From Betaproteobacteria bacterium (GTDB taxonomy: Bacteria; Pseudomonadota; Gammaproteobacteria; Burkholderiales; SG8-41), in contig VGIF01000001.1 in assembly GCA_016868015.1 (NCBI GenBank), positions 1 to 61,659 on the forward strand: a stretch of DNA of 61,659 nucleotides, read 5' to 3'. Below the pieces are notes generated by a model. The model searched no databases. It was not told where the DNA came from and saw nothing but the letters and a program-made list of their open reading frames with translations. The number at the start of each line of letters is the position of its first letter. The first letter of the stretch is position 1. A program made the translations under genes and the position numbers. This document shows positions 9,709-20,115 of this stretch, one piece after another.

Positions 9709-11412
9709 GTGCTCACGATTACCCAGCGCCTCATCGATGCGTCAGCCGCCGCCGCGTTAAGCGCGCAAGGCGTGCACCCCTTGCTTGCCCGGGTCTACGC
9801 CGCGCGCGGCATTGCCAACCCCGCGCAGCTCGACACCACGCTCGCGCGCTTGCACGCACCGCAAGCAATGCTCAATCTCGAGCGCATGGCAGCACTCATC
9901 GCCGATGCGATAGCCGCGCGTGAAAAATTACTGATCATCGCCGACTACGATGCCGACGGCGCCACCGCCTGCGCGGTGGGTTTGCGCGCAATGCGCGCGA
10001 TGGGCGCAACCATCGACTACTTGGTGCCCAACCGCTTCGAGTACGGCTATGGCTTGACGCCGCAGATTGTGCAACTCGCCGCGCGCGAAATAGCGCCAGC
10101 GGTGATTATCACCGTCGACAACGGCATCGCCAGCGTCGAGGGCGTGGCCGAAGCCAATCGCTTGGGCATCAAGGTGCTGATTACCGATCACCATCTGCCC
10201 GGCGAGGCTTTGCCCGACGCGTGGTGCATCATCAATCCCAATCAGCGCGGCTGCGGGTTTCCGAGTAAGCATCTTGCGGGTGTAGGGGTGATGTTTTACC
10301 TCATGATGGCTTTGCGGGCCGAATTGCGGCAACGTCACAACACCTCACGCCTCACGCCTCACGCCTCACCTAATCTAGCCACGCTGCTCGACCTCGTCGC
10401 ACTCGGCACCGTCGCCGACGTGGTGCGGCTGGATGACAACAACCGTATCTTGGTGCAGCAGGGGTTGCAGCGCATCCGCGCCGGGCGCGCGCAACCGGGC
10501 ATTAGCGCCTTATTGCGCGTGGCGGGCCGTGACCCGGCGCGCGCCGGCACCTACGATTTGGGTTTTGCCGCCGGGCCGCGCTTAAACGCCGCAGGGCGAT
10601 TAACCGACATGTCGCTCGGCATCGAGTGCTTGATCACCGACGACGCCGCGCGCGCGCAAGCCATCGCGCACGAGCTCGATGCGCTAAACCGCGAACGCCG
10701 CGCCATCGAAGCCGATATGCAGGAAACCGCGCTCGCCGCGCTGGAACAATCCGCCGATGCAAGCGGCTACACCCTCAGCCTCTACGACGATCAATGGCAC
10801 CAGGGCGTGATCGGCATTGTGGCTTCGCGCCTTAAGGATAAATTCCATCGCCCGGCGGTGGCGTTCGCGCGCGGCAACGACGGCGAAATCAAAGGCTCCG
10901 GCCGGTCGATCCGCGGCCTGCATTTGCGCGACGCGCTCGACCTGGTATCGAAACGCGCGCCGGGGCTGATTTTGCGTTTCGGCGGTCACGCCGCGGCGGC
11001 GGGCTTGACGCTGCGTGAGCCCGATTTTGCGCGCTTTCGCGATGCGTTCGAAGCGGTGGTACGCACCCTGCTCCGCCCCGCGGATTTGGAGCGCGAAATC
11101 GAAACCGACGGCTCGCTGCCGCTGGAACACGCCACGCTCGAAGCCGCGCACGCCCTGCGCGGCGGCATCTGGGGCCAAGGTTTTCCGGAGCCTGGGTTCA
11201 CCGATACTTTTGAAGTCGCGCAGCAGCGCGTGGTCGGTGAACGGCATCTGAAATTGCGTTTGCGGCGCGAAGGGTGTGTGTTCGATGGCATCCTGTTTGG
11301 TCACTGCAATCCGTTGCCGGCGCGCATACGCGCGGTGTATCGCTTTAGCGCCAATGAATACAACGGGGTATCGTCGACGCAGTTGGTGCTGGATCATTGG
11401 GAAACCCCTTAA
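9709..11412 (+). CDS. recJ: single-stranded-DNA-specific exonuclease RecJ
   Basis: DHH motifs IIADYDADGATA, ITVDNG, LITDHH, plus DHHA1 GGHAAAAG. GTG start 9709. Confidence 0.92.
   Translation: MLTITQRLIDASAAAALSAQGVHPLLARVYAARGIANPAQLDTTLARLHAPQAMLNLERMAALIADAIAAREKLLIIADYDADGATACAVGLRAMRAMGATIDYLVPNRFEYGYGLTPQIVQLAAREIAPAVIITVDNGIASVEGVAEANRLGIKVLITDHHLPGEALPDAWCIINPNQRGCGFPSKHLAGVGVMFYLMMALRAELRQRHNTSRLTPHASPNLATLLDLVALGTVADVVRLDDNNRILVQQGLQRIRAGRAQPGISALLRVAGRDPARAGTYDLGFAAGPRLNAAGRLTDMSLGIECLITDDAARAQAIAHELDALNRERRAIEADMQETALAALEQSADASGYTLSLYDDQWHQGVIGIVASRLKDKFHRPAVAFARGNDGEIKGSGRSIRGLHLRDALDLVSKRAPGLILRFGGHAAAAGLTLREPDFARFRDAFEAVVRTLLRPADLEREIETDGSLPLEHATLEAAHALRGGIWGQGFPEPGFTDTFEVAQQRVVGERHLKLRLRREGCVFDGILFGHCNPLPARIRAVYRFSANEYNGVSSTQLVLDHWETP
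10343..10369. repeat. heptanucleotide tandem repeat (CCTCACG) ~3.9 copies inside recJ
   Basis: cctcacgcctcacgcctcacgcctcac, in frame, encodes TSRLTPHASP in a linker just before the conserved LLDLVALGTVADVV. Confidence 0.85.
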
Positions 11413-11414
11413 CG

Positions 11415-11520
11415 CTTCACCGCAGAGGCGCAAAGGCGCAGAGAACCCCCGCAGAGTAATACCAAAACGTTTTTGATTTTCTCTGCGTAATCTCTGCGCC
11501 TCTGCGCCTCTGCGGTGAAG
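11415..11520. repeat. long palindromic REP/MITE-like element (family A variant)
   Basis: Arms cttcaccgcagaggcgcaaaggcgcagaga (11415-11444) and tctctgcgcctctgcgcctctgcggtgaag (11491-11520) are 29/30 complementary, spaced by 46 nt. Confidence 0.8.
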
Positions 11521-11592
11521 TTTCAAGGTTTTCGATGTTCCCATCAGGTATAATCACGCTTTCAAGAAATCACCGCACGAAGTCACAGCTTT

Positions 11593-12697
11593 ATGGAAGC
11601 CGAACGCATCAACGCCCTCGCTAAGCAACTCGCGGATATCGACTCGCGCGCCGCGGAGCTGCGGAGGTATCTTTGACTATGAGACGAAAAAAACCCGTCT
11701 CGCGGAAGTCGTACGGCTAGCGGAAGACCCGGCCGTTTGGGGCGATAGCGGGCGCGCCCAAGCGCTGGGCAAGGAGCGCAAGGCGCTCGAATTCACCGTC
11801 GGTTCGCTCGACACCCTCGCCGCGGGCCTGCGCGACGCGCACGAGTTGTTCGGCATGGCGCGCGATGAAAACGACGACGCCACGCTGCAATCGGTCGCGC
11901 ACGACGCCGACAATCTGGAATCCACCGTCGCCGACATCGAATTTCGCCGCATGTTCGCCGGCGAGATGGACGCCAACAATTGCTTTCTCGATATTCAGGC
12001 GGGCTCCGGCGGTACCGAGGCGCAGGATTGGGCTTCGATTTTAGAGCGCATGTATTTGCGCTACTGCGAAAGTAAAAAATTCAAAGTCGAGCTGCTGGAA
12101 GAGTCCCCCGGCGAAGTCGCCGGTATCAAGAGCGCCTCGCTCAAGGTGAGCGGCGAGTACGCCTACGGCCATTTGCGCACGGAGACCGGCGTGCATCGGC
12201 TGGTGCGCAAATCGCCGTTTGACGCCAACAACCGGCGCCACACCTCGTTCGCCAGCGTGTTTGTCTACCCCGAAGTCGATGAATCGATTGAAATCGACAT
12301 CAACCCGGCGGACCTGCGCACCGACACCTTTCGCGCCTCCGGCGCCGGCGGCCAGCACATCAACAAAACCGATTCGGCGGTGCGTATCACCCACATTCCC
12401 AGCGGCATCGTGGTGCAGTGTCAAAACGACCGCTCGCAACACCGCAACCGCGCCGAGGCGATGGCGATGCTGAAATCGCGTTTGTTCGAGCTGGAGCTCA
12501 GGAAGCGCAACGAAGAAAAACAGGCGATGGAAGACGCCAAAACCGACATTGGCTGGGGCCATCAAATCCGCTCGTATGTGCTCGATCAATCGCGCATCAA
12601 GGATTTGCGCACCAATGTGGAAATCGGCAATACGCAGGCGGTGCTGGATGGTGCGCTGGATACGTTTATTAAGGCGAGTTTGAAGCAAGGGTTGTAA
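11593..12697 (+). CDS. prfB: peptide chain release factor 2, programmed +1 frameshift
   Basis: Frame 0 [27 protein letters not shown] stops at TGA 11674. The +1 frame from 11675 continues [12 protein letters not shown]...SGGTEAQDW...[16 protein letters not shown] (GGQ motif). Confidence 0.93.
11663..11677 (+). promoter_or_regulatory. prfB: RF2 autoregulatory +1 frameshift site
   Basis: ggaggtatCTTTGAc: internal SD-like GGAGG, 3-nt spacer, slippery CTT followed by in-frame TGA and C. Confidence 0.9.
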
Positions 12698-12711
12698 CGA
12701 CGAAAATCTTA

Positions 12712-12885
12712 GACGCAGATTTACGCAGATGAACGCAGATTGACAACTACCATGTCTTTCCCGCGAAGGCGGGAACCCATGCAGTGACTCAAGTGCCGCT
12801 GTGTTATAGGTTCCCGCCTCTTTGGCGTGAAATTCGGGAACGACGTATGGGGTTTAATCTGCGTAAATCTGCGTAAATCTGCGTC
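12712..12885. repeat. nested REP elements: family A arms enclosing a family B pair
   Basis: Outer arms gacgcagatttacgcagatgaacgcagattgac and taatctgcgtaaatctgcgtaaatctgcgtc. Inner gtctttcccgcgaaggcgggaaccca and ggttcccgcctctttggcgtgaaattcgggaacgac. Confidence 0.75.
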
Positions 12886-12906
12886 AAAAAAGAAGTCGGA
12901 GTTTAA

Positions 12907-14382
12907 ATGGACGACACCAACCAAATCATCGAAGAACGCCGCGCCAAGCTAAAGGCCCTGCGCGCCAAGGGCGTGGCCTTTCCCAACGATTTTGTGCGCG
13001 AGCACTATGCCGGCGACATCGTCGCGCAACACGGCGGCACCGACAAAGACGCGCTGGAACAGCAAAACGTCACGGTAGCAGTGGCCGGCCGTATTATGTT
13101 GAAACGCGTGATGGGCAAAGTGTGTTTCGGCACCATCCAGGACAGCAGCGGCCGCATTCAGATTTTTGTTTCCGCCAACGACAGCGGCGCTGACACCGTC
13201 GAAGCGTTTAAACATTACGACATCGGTGACATCGTCGGCGTCAACGGCGCGCTGTTCTACACCAAAACCGGCGAGTTGACGGTGCGCGTGAAAACGCTGC
13301 GCCTGCTCACCAAAGCGCTGCGTCCGTTGCCCGAAAAATTTCACGGCTTGACCGATCAAGAGGTGAAGTATCGCCAGCGCTATGTTGACCTCATCGTCAA
13401 CGAAGACACCCGCGCCACCTTCCGCAAGCGTTCGCTGATTATGCAGGAAACACGTAACTATCTGATTTTAAACAACTATTTAGAAGTCGAAACGCCGATG
13501 ATGCAGCCCATCCCGGGCGGTGCGGCGGCGCGGCCGTTTGTCACGCATCACAACGCGCTCGACATGCAACTTTATTTGCGCATCGCGCCGGAGTTGTATT
13601 TAAAGCGTCTTGTCGTCGGCGGTTTTGAAAAAGTATTCGAAATCAACCGCAATTTTCGCAACGAGGGCATGTCCACGCGCCACAACCCCGAGTTCACCAT
13701 GCTGGAGTTTTACTGCGCCTACATGGCAGTCGGCGGCATGATGGATTTTATCGAGGCGCTGATTCGCCACGTAGCACTCGCCACCGGCTCGACCACAGTG
13801 ACGTATCAAGGCAAGGCAATCGATTTCGCCAAACCGTACGCACGGCTCACCATCCCCGATGCCATCCGCAAATATCATCCGGATATCGGCGAGGACGTGT
13901 TGAACGACAAAATCAAACTTACCGCCAAGTTAAAAAGTATGAATATCGAACCGCGCGCCAACGACGGCTTGGGCGCGCTGCAATTGACGCTATTTGAAAA
14001 CACCGTCGAAGCAAAGCTATTCGAGCCGACGTTTTTGATCGACTACCCAGCGGAAGTCTCCCCGCTCGCACGCCGCAGCGACAAAAACCCGGACATCACC
14101 GAGCGCTTCGAGCTCTATATCGCCGGGCGCGAAATCGCCAACGGCTTTTCCGAGCTGAACGACCCGGAAGACCAAGCCGAGCGCTTCATGGAACAAGTCA
14201 AACAAAAAGACGCCGGTGACCATGAGGCCATGCACTACGACGCCGATTACATCCGCGCGCTGGAATACGGCCTGCCGCCGACGGCGGGCGCGGGTATCGG
14301 CATCGACCGGCTGGTGATGCTGTTGACTGACAGCCCGTCGATACGCGACGTGATTTTGTTTCCGCATATGCGGCCGGAGTGA
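12907..14382 (+). CDS. lysS: lysine--tRNA ligase (class II)
   Basis: 491 aa. Class II motifs [20 protein letters not shown] and [19 protein letters not shown]. Follows prfB as in many proteobacteria. Confidence 0.95.
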   Translation: MDDTNQIIEERRAKLKALRAKGVAFPNDFVREHYAGDIVAQHGGTDKDALEQQNVTVAVAGRIMLKRVMGKVCFGTIQDSSGRIQIFVSANDSGADTVEAFKHYDIGDIVGVNGALFYTKTGELTVRVKTLRLLTKALRPLPEKFHGLTDQEVKYRQRYVDLIVNEDTRATFRKRSLIMQETRNYLILNNYLEVETPMMQPIPGGAAARPFVTHHNALDMQLYLRIAPELYLKRLVVGGFEKVFEINRNFRNEGMSTRHNPEFTMLEFYCAYMAVGGMMDFIEALIRHVALATGSTTVTYQGKAIDFAKPYARLTIPDAIRKYHPDIGEDVLNDKIKLTAKLKSMNIEPRANDGLGALQLTLFENTVEAKLFEPTFLIDYPAEVSPLARRSDKNPDITERFELYIAGREIANGFSELNDPEDQAERFMEQVKQKDAGDHEAMHYDADYIRALEYGLPPTAGAGIGIDRLVMLLTDSPSIRDVILFPHMRPE

Positions 14383-14443
14383 GCCTGTTTCGTCATGCGT
14401 CAGTCATGCCGCCAGAACCACTTTACGCGCGTTTATAGAACCA

Positions 14444-14671
14444 CCGTTCGCCCTGAGCCTGTCGAAGCCTGTCCTGAGCTCAGTCGAAGGGGGCGATGTA
14501 GCTCACTAGAATGATATTCTGGGTTTACATGCTCAAGTAGACAAATCAAAGGCTGGCGACGCGAAAAGAAAAAAGCCTTAACCCGCGGCGACTGGCAACA
14601 TATCTCACTGCTTGCACGCAACGAAAATTCGCATTCAAGCGTTCGTCCTTCGACAGGCTCAGAACGAACGG
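14444..14671. repeat. MITE-like element with ~25-bp terminal inverted repeats (family D)
   Basis: Left ccgttcgccctgagcctgtcgaag. The reverse complement of the right end is ccgttcgttctgagcctgtcgaag. About 175 nt of non-coding interior. Confidence 0.6.
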
Positions 14672-14691
14672 AGCAATAGGAGCACGCATAG

Positions 14692-16644
14692 ATGGATCAG
14701 CCTCTCTGGCAGCCCTCCGCTGAACGCATCGCCAACACCAACCTCACCACCTTCACCCAATACGTAGCCGACCACTACGGCTGCACCGCTCAAAGCTACG
14801 AAGACCTGCAGCTATGGTCCTGCCGCGAGCGTGAAACCTTCTGGCATGCGATTTGGAATTATTGCGGCGTGATCGGTCACGGGCCGGGTTTTCCGATCCT
14901 GGTGAATCGCGAACGCATGCCCGGCGCGCGCTGGTTCCCCGAAGCACGGTTGAACTTCGCAGAGAACCTGCTGCGACGTAACGACGACACGCTCGCCATG
15001 GTGTTCTGGGGCGAGGAACAAGTATCGGGCAAGGTCACCTGGTGCGAGCTTCATCACGAGGTGTCGCGCCTTTCGCAAGCCTTGCGCGCGCAAGGCGTCA
15101 ATGCCGGCGATCGCGTCGCGGCCTATGTGCCCAACCTGCCCGGTTCGGTGATCGGCATGCTTGCCACCGCCAGCATCGGCGCGGTGTGGTCGTCGTGCTC
15201 GCCGGATTTCGGTGTGCAAGGCGTGCTCGACCGCTTCGGGCAAATCGAGCCCAAGGTGTTGCTCGCGGTCGATGGTTATTTTCACATGGGCAAACGCATC
15301 GACGTGCTGCCGCGCGTGGCGGAAATCGCCTCGCACTTGCCGAGCGTGGAAAAAGTGGTGGTCATTCCCTACACGATGGGCGATCCGCCGCTCGCCGGCA
15401 TTCCACACGCGGTTAACGTGCACGACTTTATGGCGCCGTTCGAAGCGCGCGAGATCGAATTCACGCGCCTGCCGTTCGATCACCCGCTTTATATTTTGTA
15501 TTCGTCAGGCACTACCGGCGTGCCTAAATGCATCGTGCACGGCGCGGGCGGCACGCTGCTACAGCACTTGAAAGAGCAGCAATTGCACACCGACGTCAAA
15601 CCCGGCGACCGGCTGTTTTACTACACCACTTGCGGCTGGATGATGTGGAACTGGTTGATCTCCGGCTTGGCCTCACAGGCAACGCTGATGCTCTACGACG
15701 GCTCGCCGTTCGTGCGGCGCGGGCGCATTTTGTGGGATTTCGCGCAGTCTGAAAAAATCACCATCTTCGGCACCGCCGCCAAGTACATCGACGCCATCGC
15801 CAAATTAAATCTCGAACCGGCGCGCACCCACGATTTGTCGCCGCTGAAAGCGCTGCTCTCCACCGGCTCGCCGCTGGCGCCCGAAAGTTTCGATTACGTC
15901 TACCGCGCGATCAAGCGCGATCTGCATCTCGCCTCGATCTCCGGCGGCACCGACATCGTGTCGTGTTTCGCGCTGGGTAACCCGGCAGCCCCCGTGTGGC
16001 GCGGCGAGATTCAAACGCCGGGGCTGGGCATGCAAGTCGAAGTGTTCGACGACGAGGGTCGCGCGCTTAGGCGCGAAAAAGGCGAACTGGTGTGCACCGC
16101 GCCGTTCCCATCGATGCCGCTGGGTTTTTGGAAAGATGAGGATGGCGGCAAATACCATGCCGCGTATTTCAATGTGTTTCCCAACGTGTGGCGCCACGGC
16201 GATTATCTCGAGTACACCGAGCACGGCGGGCTGATTATTTACGGCCGCTCAGACGCGGTGTTAAATCCCGGCGGCGTGCGCATCGGCACCGCGGAGATTT
16301 ATCGCCAGGTGGAAAAACTCGACGAAGTCGAGGAATCGATCGCCATCGGCCAGGATTGGAACAACGACGTGCGCGTGGTGTTGTTCGTGCGGCTGCGCGA
16401 AGGCATCGCGCTGGATGAGCCGCTCAGCAAAAAAATCATGCAGCAAGTTCGCGATAACACCACGCCGCGCCACGTGCCCGATAAAGTGCTGCAAGTCACC
16501 GACATTCCGCGCACCCGTAGCGGCAAAATCGTCGAGCTCGCGGTGCGCAACGTGGTGCACAACCTGCCGGTGAAGAACGTCGAGGCATTGGCGAACCCCG
16601 AGGCGCTGGAGTTGTTTCGTAATCGCGCTGAGTTGCTGAGTTAA
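14692..16644 (+). CDS. acetoacetate--CoA ligase (acetoacetyl-CoA synthetase)
   Basis: 650 aa. N-terminus LWQPS..RI..TNLT.F and AMP-binding motif [17 protein letters not shown] match the acetoacetyl-CoA synthetase subfamily. Confidence 0.85.
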   Translation: MDQPLWQPSAERIANTNLTTFTQYVADHYGCTAQSYEDLQLWSCRERETFWHAIWNYCGVIGHGPGFPILVNRERMPGARWFPEARLNFAENLLRRNDDTLAMVFWGEEQVSGKVTWCELHHEVSRLSQALRAQGVNAGDRVAAYVPNLPGSVIGMLATASIGAVWSSCSPDFGVQGVLDRFGQIEPKVLLAVDGYFHMGKRIDVLPRVAEIASHLPSVEKVVVIPYTMGDPPLAGIPHAVNVHDFMAPFEAREIEFTRLPFDHPLYILYSSGTTGVPKCIVHGAGGTLLQHLKEQQLHTDVKPGDRLFYYTTCGWMMWNWLISGLASQATLMLYDGSPFVRRGRILWDFAQSEKITIFGTAAKYIDAIAKLNLEPARTHDLSPLKALLSTGSPLAPESFDYVYRAIKRDLHLASISGGTDIVSCFALGNPAAPVWRGEIQTPGLGMQVEVFDDEGRALRREKGELVCTAPFPSMPLGFWKDEDGGKYHAAYFNVFPNVWRHGDYLEYTEHGGLIIYGRSDAVLNPGGVRIGTAEIYRQVEKLDEVEESIAIGQDWNNDVRVVLFVRLREGIALDEPLSKKIMQQVRDNTTPRHVPDKVLQVTDIPRTRSGKIVELAVRNVVHNLPVKNVEALANPEALELFRNRAELLS

Positions 16645-16663
16645 CGCGCCACCAGCGATAAAA

Positions 16664-16696
16664 CGTAAGTATCTGATTTTATTATTTTTTTTAAAA
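16664..16696 (-). repeat. ATE copy 4
   Basis: Minus-strand reading is ttttaaaaaaaataataaaatcagatacttacg. About 70-100 nt upstream of copA, in the opposite orientation. Confidence 0.7.
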
Positions 16697-16763
16697 TTGA
16701 TTTTAGCGCTGCACACTTGGTTTAAATCAATATGGCCCCCATCTAGCGGTAGATAATGCCGCT

Positions 16764-18998
16764 ATGGACAGCACCGCCCCCGTTCAATCCCGTATCGATT
16801 TAGCCGTCACCGGCATGACCTGTGCCGCCTGCGCCGCGCGCATCGAAAAGGTGTTGAACCGCGTGCCGGGCGTGCAGGCAAACGTGAATTTCGCCACCGA
16901 GACCGCGCGCGTGGATTACGCGCCCGACGCCGCCACCACCGAAGCATTGATCCATGCGGTGGAAAAAGCCGGTTACGGCGCGCACGTCAAAAACGAAAAA
17001 TCGCGCGATACGGAACTCAAGGAACACGCCGACGCCTATCGCCGCGAGTGGCGCCGCTTTGTGATCGCCGCGATGCTTACCGCGCCGTTTGTCGCGCAAA
17101 TGGCCGCGATGCTCGTGGGCAAACACGATTGGTTGCCGCCGTGGCTGCAATTCGTGCTCGCCACCCCTGTGCAATTCTGGATCGGCAAACGCTTTTACGT
17201 GGGCGCCTGGCACGCACTGCGCGGCGGCGGCGCCAATATGGACGTGCTGATCGCGCTGGGCACTTCGATGGCGTATTTATTCAGCGTGGTCGTGCTGTTT
17301 GGGGGCTTGCAGCAGCATCTGTATTTCGAGGCGAGCGCGATGGTGATCACGCTGGTGCTGCTCGGCAAATTGCTGGAAATGCGCGCGCGCGCCAAGGCCT
17401 CCTCAGCCATCGAGGAGCTGATGCGCTTGCAGCCCAAAACCGCGACGGTCGAGCGCGACGGCCAACGCATTGAAATCAACGTCGCCGATCTGCGGCTTGA
17501 CGATGTGTTCATCGTGCGCCCCGGCGACAGCGTACCGGTGGACGGCAACGTGCTCGACGGTGATTCCAGCGTCGACGAATCGCTGCTCACCGGCGAGAGC
17601 CTGCCCGCGGCCAAACGCGCGGGCTCGCGCGTTTTTGCCGGCACCCTGAACCAGCAAGGGCTGATGCGTTGCGTCGCCACTGGCGTCGGCGCGCAAACCG
17701 CACTCGCCGCCATCGTGCGGCTGGTGGAAGAAGCGCAAGGTTCCAAGGCGCCAATCCAGCGGCTGGCAGATGTGATCTCCGGCATTTTTGTGCCGGTGGT
17801 GGTGGTGATTGCACTGATGACTTTGGCGGGTTGGTGGTTGTTTGCCGGCAATTTCGCCGCGGGGTTGATCAATGCGGTGGCGGTGCTGGTGATCGCCTGC
17901 CCATGCGCGCTGGGGCTTGCCACGCCCACCGCGATCATGGTGGGCAGCGGCAAAGGCGCGCGCGCGGGCGTGCTCATACGCAATGCGGCGGCGTTGGAAC
18001 AAGCCGGCAAGTTGACCACACTGATCGTCGATAAAACCGGCACGTTGACGCAAGGCAAACCGGCACTCACCGATGTGCTCGCGTTAAACGGCGCGGCCGA
18101 AACCCAGGTGCTCGCCATCGCCGCGTCGCTCGAACAAGGTTCCAGGCACCCGCTGGCGCAGGCGGTAACGGCGCACGCGCGCGAGCACGGCATAACGCTG
18201 CAAACGATAGCCGATTTTCAATCGGTCGCGGGCAAAGGCGTCACCGCCAACATCGCGGGCGAGCCCGCCGCGCTCGGTTCCCCCGCGTTCGCGCGCGAAC
18301 TCGGCTTGGCCTTACCCGAAGCGGATATCGCGCAACTGCAGCGAGCCGGCAAAACCGTGGTGTTCGTTGCGCACTGCGGCAAGGTTCACGGGCTGATCGC
18401 GATCGCCGACCGCTTGCGCCCCTCCACGCCCGCAGCCATCCGCGAGTTGCAGGCGCTTGGCGTCACGCCGCTGATGTTAACCGGCGACAACGCATTAACT
18501 GCCGAAGCCATCGCACGTGAAGCAGGTGTTGCGCACTGGCAGGCCGGTCTCATGCCGCAAGACAAAGCCAGCGAAGTGCAGCGGCTACGCGCCGGCGGTC
18601 AAACCGTCGGCATGGCCGGCGACGGCATCAACGACGCCCCGGCGCTCGCCGCCGCTGACGTGAGCTTTGCCATCGGCGCGGGCGCCGACGTGGCGATCCA
18701 GGCCGCCGACATTACCCTGATGCGCGACGATTTGGTCAGCGTCGCCGATGCGATTAGCCTCTCCCGCGCCACACTCGCTAAAATCAAGCAGAATCTATTT
18801 TCCGCGTTTTTCTACAACGTGCTGGGCATGCCGCTCGCCGCGGTGGGGATGTTGAACCCGATCATCGCCGGCGCGGCAATGGCGTTATCCTCGGTGTCGG
18901 TGGTCAGCAACGCGTTGCTGCTCAAGCGCTGGAAACCCTTAAATGCCGGGCGTCAAGAGTTGGGCGTTGAACGTAACCTCAACACCGGCGCACTTTAA
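16764..18998 (+). CDS. copA: copper-translocating P1B-type ATPase
   Basis: N-terminal [13 protein letters not shown] metal-binding domain, CPC motif [28 protein letters not shown]. Confidence 0.92.
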   Translation: MDSTAPVQSRIDLAVTGMTCAACAARIEKVLNRVPGVQANVNFATETARVDYAPDAATTEALIHAVEKAGYGAHVKNEKSRDTELKEHADAYRREWRRFVIAAMLTAPFVAQMAAMLVGKHDWLPPWLQFVLATPVQFWIGKRFYVGAWHALRGGGANMDVLIALGTSMAYLFSVVVLFGGLQQHLYFEASAMVITLVLLGKLLEMRARAKASSAIEELMRLQPKTATVERDGQRIEINVADLRLDDVFIVRPGDSVPVDGNVLDGDSSVDESLLTGESLPAAKRAGSRVFAGTLNQQGLMRCVATGVGAQTALAAIVRLVEEAQGSKAPIQRLADVISGIFVPVVVVIALMTLAGWWLFAGNFAAGLINAVAVLVIACPCALGLATPTAIMVGSGKGARAGVLIRNAAALEQAGKLTTLIVDKTGTLTQGKPALTDVLALNGAAETQVLAIAASLEQGSRHPLAQAVTAHAREHGITLQTIADFQSVAGKGVTANIAGEPAALGSPAFARELGLALPEADIAQLQRAGKTVVFVAHCGKVHGLIAIADRLRPSTPAAIRELQALGVTPLMLTGDNALTAEAIAREAGVAHWQAGLMPQDKASEVQRLRAGGQTVGMAGDGINDAPALAAADVSFAIGAGADVAIQAADITLMRDDLVSVADAISLSRATLAKIKQNLFSAFFYNVLGMPLAAVGMLNPIIAGAAMALSSVSVVSNALLLKRWKPLNAGRQELGVERNLNTGAL

Positions 18999-19057
18999 GA
19001 TTTGCGTGTTTTCCCGACGCTCAACGCCAAACGCTCAACAACCATAGGAGCAACAGG

Positions 19058-19273
19058 ATGGAAAACCTCACCCTCGCCATCAAGGGCATGACCTGCATGG
19101 GCTGCGTCGCCAGCGTCACGCGCGTATTAAAGGCGACCGCTGGCGTTAAAGACGCACAAGTGACGTTGCAGCCCGCGCAAGCCCAGGTGCAATACGATGG
19201 CGCGCAGACCAATCCGGCGCAGCTTAAAGCCGCGGTGGAAGATGCCGGTTTTGAAGCGAGCGAGCCGGCTTAA
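19058..19273 (+). CDS. copZ: heavy-metal-associated (HMA) domain copper chaperone-like protein
   Basis: 71 aa with GMTCMGCVASV. RBS aggagc is upstream. Immediately downstream of copA. Confidence 0.8.
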   Translation: MENLTLAIKGMTCMGCVASVTRVLKATAGVKDAQVTLQPAQAQVQYDGAQTNPAQLKAAVEDAGFEASEPA

Positions 19274-19282
19274 ATCAATAAA

Positions 19283-19313
19283 CGCAACTTATTGATTTAA
19301 TCAATAATTTTTC
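19283..19313 (-). repeat. ATE copy 5 (diverged)
   Basis: Minus-strand reading is gaaaaattattgattaaatcaataagttgcg, core AATCAATAAGTTG fits the IHF consensus. Also part of a 10-bp AT palindrome aaatcaataa/ttattgattt between convergent copZ and bamD. Confidence 0.55.
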
Positions 19314-20115
19314 AATTCCAAATTTGCCACCACGGCGCGCGCGGCCGCTGCCGGCCGTGCCGTTTGGTCTTGGGGAAATTTTGCAGCAGCACGCGCTCGG
19401 CGTCATCACGCAGATCCTTCATGCCCAGCGCCTCGTACGCGCGCACCATCAGCAGCAAGCCTTCTTCGTTGGCCGGCGCTTGCGGATAATTTTTTAATGC
19501 AAACTGCACCCGGTTGACCGCCGCGAGATAGGCGCCGCGCCCGACGTAATAGCGTGCCACATGCACTTCGTGCGCGGCAAGCGCGTTGACCAAATAATTC
19601 ATGCGCGCAATCGCATCGGGGGTGTATTTGCTATCGGGGAATTTCACCGCCAGTTCTTTAAACGCATCGAACGCATCGCGCGCGCCCTTGGGATCTCGCT
19701 CGCTCATATCCTGGTTGGTGATAAAACCCGCGATGCCCAAATCGTCGTTGAAGTTAACCAGCCCCTTCAAGTAATACAAATAATCGACGTTCGGATGGTT
19801 GGGGTAAGTCTTGATAAAGCGATCGGCCGTGGCGATCGCGCTGGCCGCGTTTTTGTCCAGATGGTAGGTATAGGCCAGTTCCATTTGCGCCTGCTGCGCA
19901 AAACGGCCATAGGGATAGCGGCCTTCCAGCCGCTGGTAATAGGTAATCGCCTTATCGAAATTGCGGGAATCGCGCGCCGCGCGCGCCTCCGCATAGAGCT
20001 TTTGCGCCGACCAACCCTTGGTTTCGTCCGTGGTGCCACCGCCGAACACCCCGCAGGCCGCGAGCAGCCAGCCCGCCGTAAGGCAGGTGATTACCGATAA
20101 AATACGCCGCATCAT
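19312..20115 (-). CDS. bamD: outer membrane protein assembly factor BamD
   Basis: Lipobox MMRRILSVITCLTAGWLLAAC followed by TPR-like repeats. ATG 20115 chosen. The longer ORF-track extension is Arg/His-rich and overlaps rluD. Confidence 0.88.
   Translation of the reverse strand: MMRRILSVITCLTAGWLLAACGVFGGGTTDETKGWSAQKLYAEARAARDSRNFDKAITYYQRLEGRYPYGRFAQQAQMELAYTYHLDKNAASAIATADRFIKTYPNHPNVDYLYYLKGLVNFNDDLGIAGFITNQDMSERDPKGARDAFDAFKELAVKFPDSKYTPDAIARMNYLVNALAAHEVHVARYYVGRGAYLAAVNRVQFALKNYPQAPANEEGLLLMVRAYEALGMKDLRDDAERVLLQNFPKTKRHGRQRPRAPWWQIWN

Noticed and set aside
12721-12924. 67-aa minus-strand ORF between prfB and lysS
   Set aside because: It is composed entirely of translated REP family A and B units (ADLRRFTQI and RREPI-type pseudo-peptides).
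14433-14621. 62-aa ORF, considered as a degenerate GIY-YIG nuclease remnant because similar repeats often flank such genes
   Set aside because: The resemblance (PLICLLEH versus the YVYLL-type motif) is too weak. The ORF is built mostly from repeat arms.
17195-18193. 332-aa minus-strand ORF
   Set aside because: It is a shadow ORF antisense to copA. It is Ser/Ala/Pro/Thr-rich with no recognisable motifs.
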